A DNA stretch of 63,180 nucleotides, the filler included, from Rhabdomonas costata (Eukaryota), in NCBI GenBank assembly GCA_019059605.1. It is 53 parts of 53 records of this genome, joined end to end, with 100 filler letters (N's around TTAATTAATTAA, not from the genome) between each part and the next. Parts side by side here need not be neighbours in the genome. Positions count along the whole stretch, not along the records: positions 60,893 to 61,986 come from JAHMHO010028958.1; positions 62,087 to 63,180 come from JAHMHO010028959.1; 51 more parts are not named here. One strand, given 5' to 3'. The position numbers were made by a program, and so were the translations under genes. The notes under the pieces were generated by a model. The model was not told where the DNA came from. It did not search any database and saw only the letters and a program-made list of their open reading frames with translations. The first letter of the stretch is position 1. Each line of letters starts with the position of its first letter. Positions 61,978-63,180 of the stretch are shown one piece after another.

Positions 61978-63180
61978 CAAAAAAAANNNNNNNNNNNNNN
62001 NNNNNNNNNNNNNNNNNNNNNNNNNNNNNNTTAATTAATTAANNNNNNNNNNNNNNNNNNNNNNNNNNNNNNNNNNNNNNNNNNNNGGCAATGAAACGGA
62101 AGGAAAAGAATGCGTGCGGTACGGGGCCACTGTGGTTGGAAATACCACATCGAGCATTAGGGGCTCTGGTTGTCGGGGCTGATCCTTCCTACCACATTGT
62201 TGGCAAGGAAAGAGCGAGAGATCAATCCAACAAGAGAATTGTGAGGATGTTGGGAAAAGCATCCAGATAAAACAGAGAGGGATAGCGACGACAAAGACCT
62301 GTGAGCACTTCAAACAACAATAGGACCCGTGGGTCATTATACGTACAACGAGAAGCAGCTGGGAGAAGGGAAGGTTTGGCGACAACGGGAAAACCAGTGC
62401 ACACATTACTCTTATGTCTCGTCCGCCTTCTCAGTAGACAAGCACAACAAATTCTCCATGAGTTATATTAAACGGGTCTATCAAAGGTTAGAAGTCTGCG
62501 GAGGTCATAAATAATTCACCCAATTGCGGTGGCAGGCCAGGCCTTGACGAACCGGAGAGAAAGGAGGTGCAGGTGACACGACCCTTAGGCAGATGGAAGG
62601 AAGAGATTCGTTGCAGGGAAAAAGATCATTCAGCGGCGCGGCCGGTGCTGGGGATGCACGAGCCAATAATCCGCAACACCCTTACCAAAAGAAACCGGTG
62701 AAGTTTCGAGACAGTGAGGGTCTAATTGAAGATATATGCAGTATAAAAGGAGGAAGGCGGTTTTAGGCAAGTCCACGAAAAGAAAACTTATACAGTGAGA
62801 CCAGTGAAACAAACCCTCCAGTCAATTTCTACGAAGAAAAGCAAAATTTAACGCTGACACGAAGAAACGGAGACAGAGCCAGAACACGGCGACAATGTCT
62901 GAGGAAGTTCGAAAGCAAAGCAAAGCCAAACGGAGCGGAAAAAACCCGGAGAAAAATTCCTCCCTTCAGGCTGTTGTACAGTGGAACCCCCCCACCCCAG
63001 AAAAAGCGCTGGGATTCCTCAGCAGGGCAAAAGGCACGGGCAGAGCTCACGATGTAACATGACAGAACGCAAAGCTTTCCTGTAGGGGAAAATACGAGAA
63101 AAGGTACATTCAAAGTACGTCACACACGCCCACTCCAGTAAACAGACACAGTAGCACACACCAACTTCCTTCACTGGTCT

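Overview
This window is not contiguous DNA. It is 53 short contigs (about 1.09 kb each) joined by 100-nt linkers (N44-TTAATTAATTAA-N44), so adjacency across linkers means nothing and most ORFs in the supplied track are spurious. The DNA is mostly from an intron-rich flagellated eukaryote, with short GC-rich exons and both GT-AG and GC-AG introns; a euglenid-like protist is a plausible but unproven source. Recognisable exon sets include axonemal dynein heavy chain, CPSF160, an ATRX/RAD54L2-like and a RAD5/16-like SNF2 ATPase, POLD2, HMG-CoA reductase, P5C dehydrogenase, an AVP2-type H+-PPase, an ABCB1-like transporter, an ELO elongase, a GT90-like glycosyltransferase and a KLC-type TPR array. 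Mobile DNA includes a decayed Ty3/gypsy integrase, a decayed CRE/SLACS-like reverse transcriptase and a hairpin-rich dispersed repeat family. One very AT-rich contig looks viral (giant-virus or phage-like structural gene). The best novelty candidate is at 2393-3481: a spliced in-frame fusion of an R-S-E ADP-ribosyltransferase domain to a NACHT NTPase, i.e. an NLR-like protein with an ART effector. Most contigs start with G/T-only and end with A/C-only bases, which indicates whole-genome-amplification primers, so inverted repeats at contig ends may be fold-back chimeras. Family assignments come from motif recognition by eye, not database searches.
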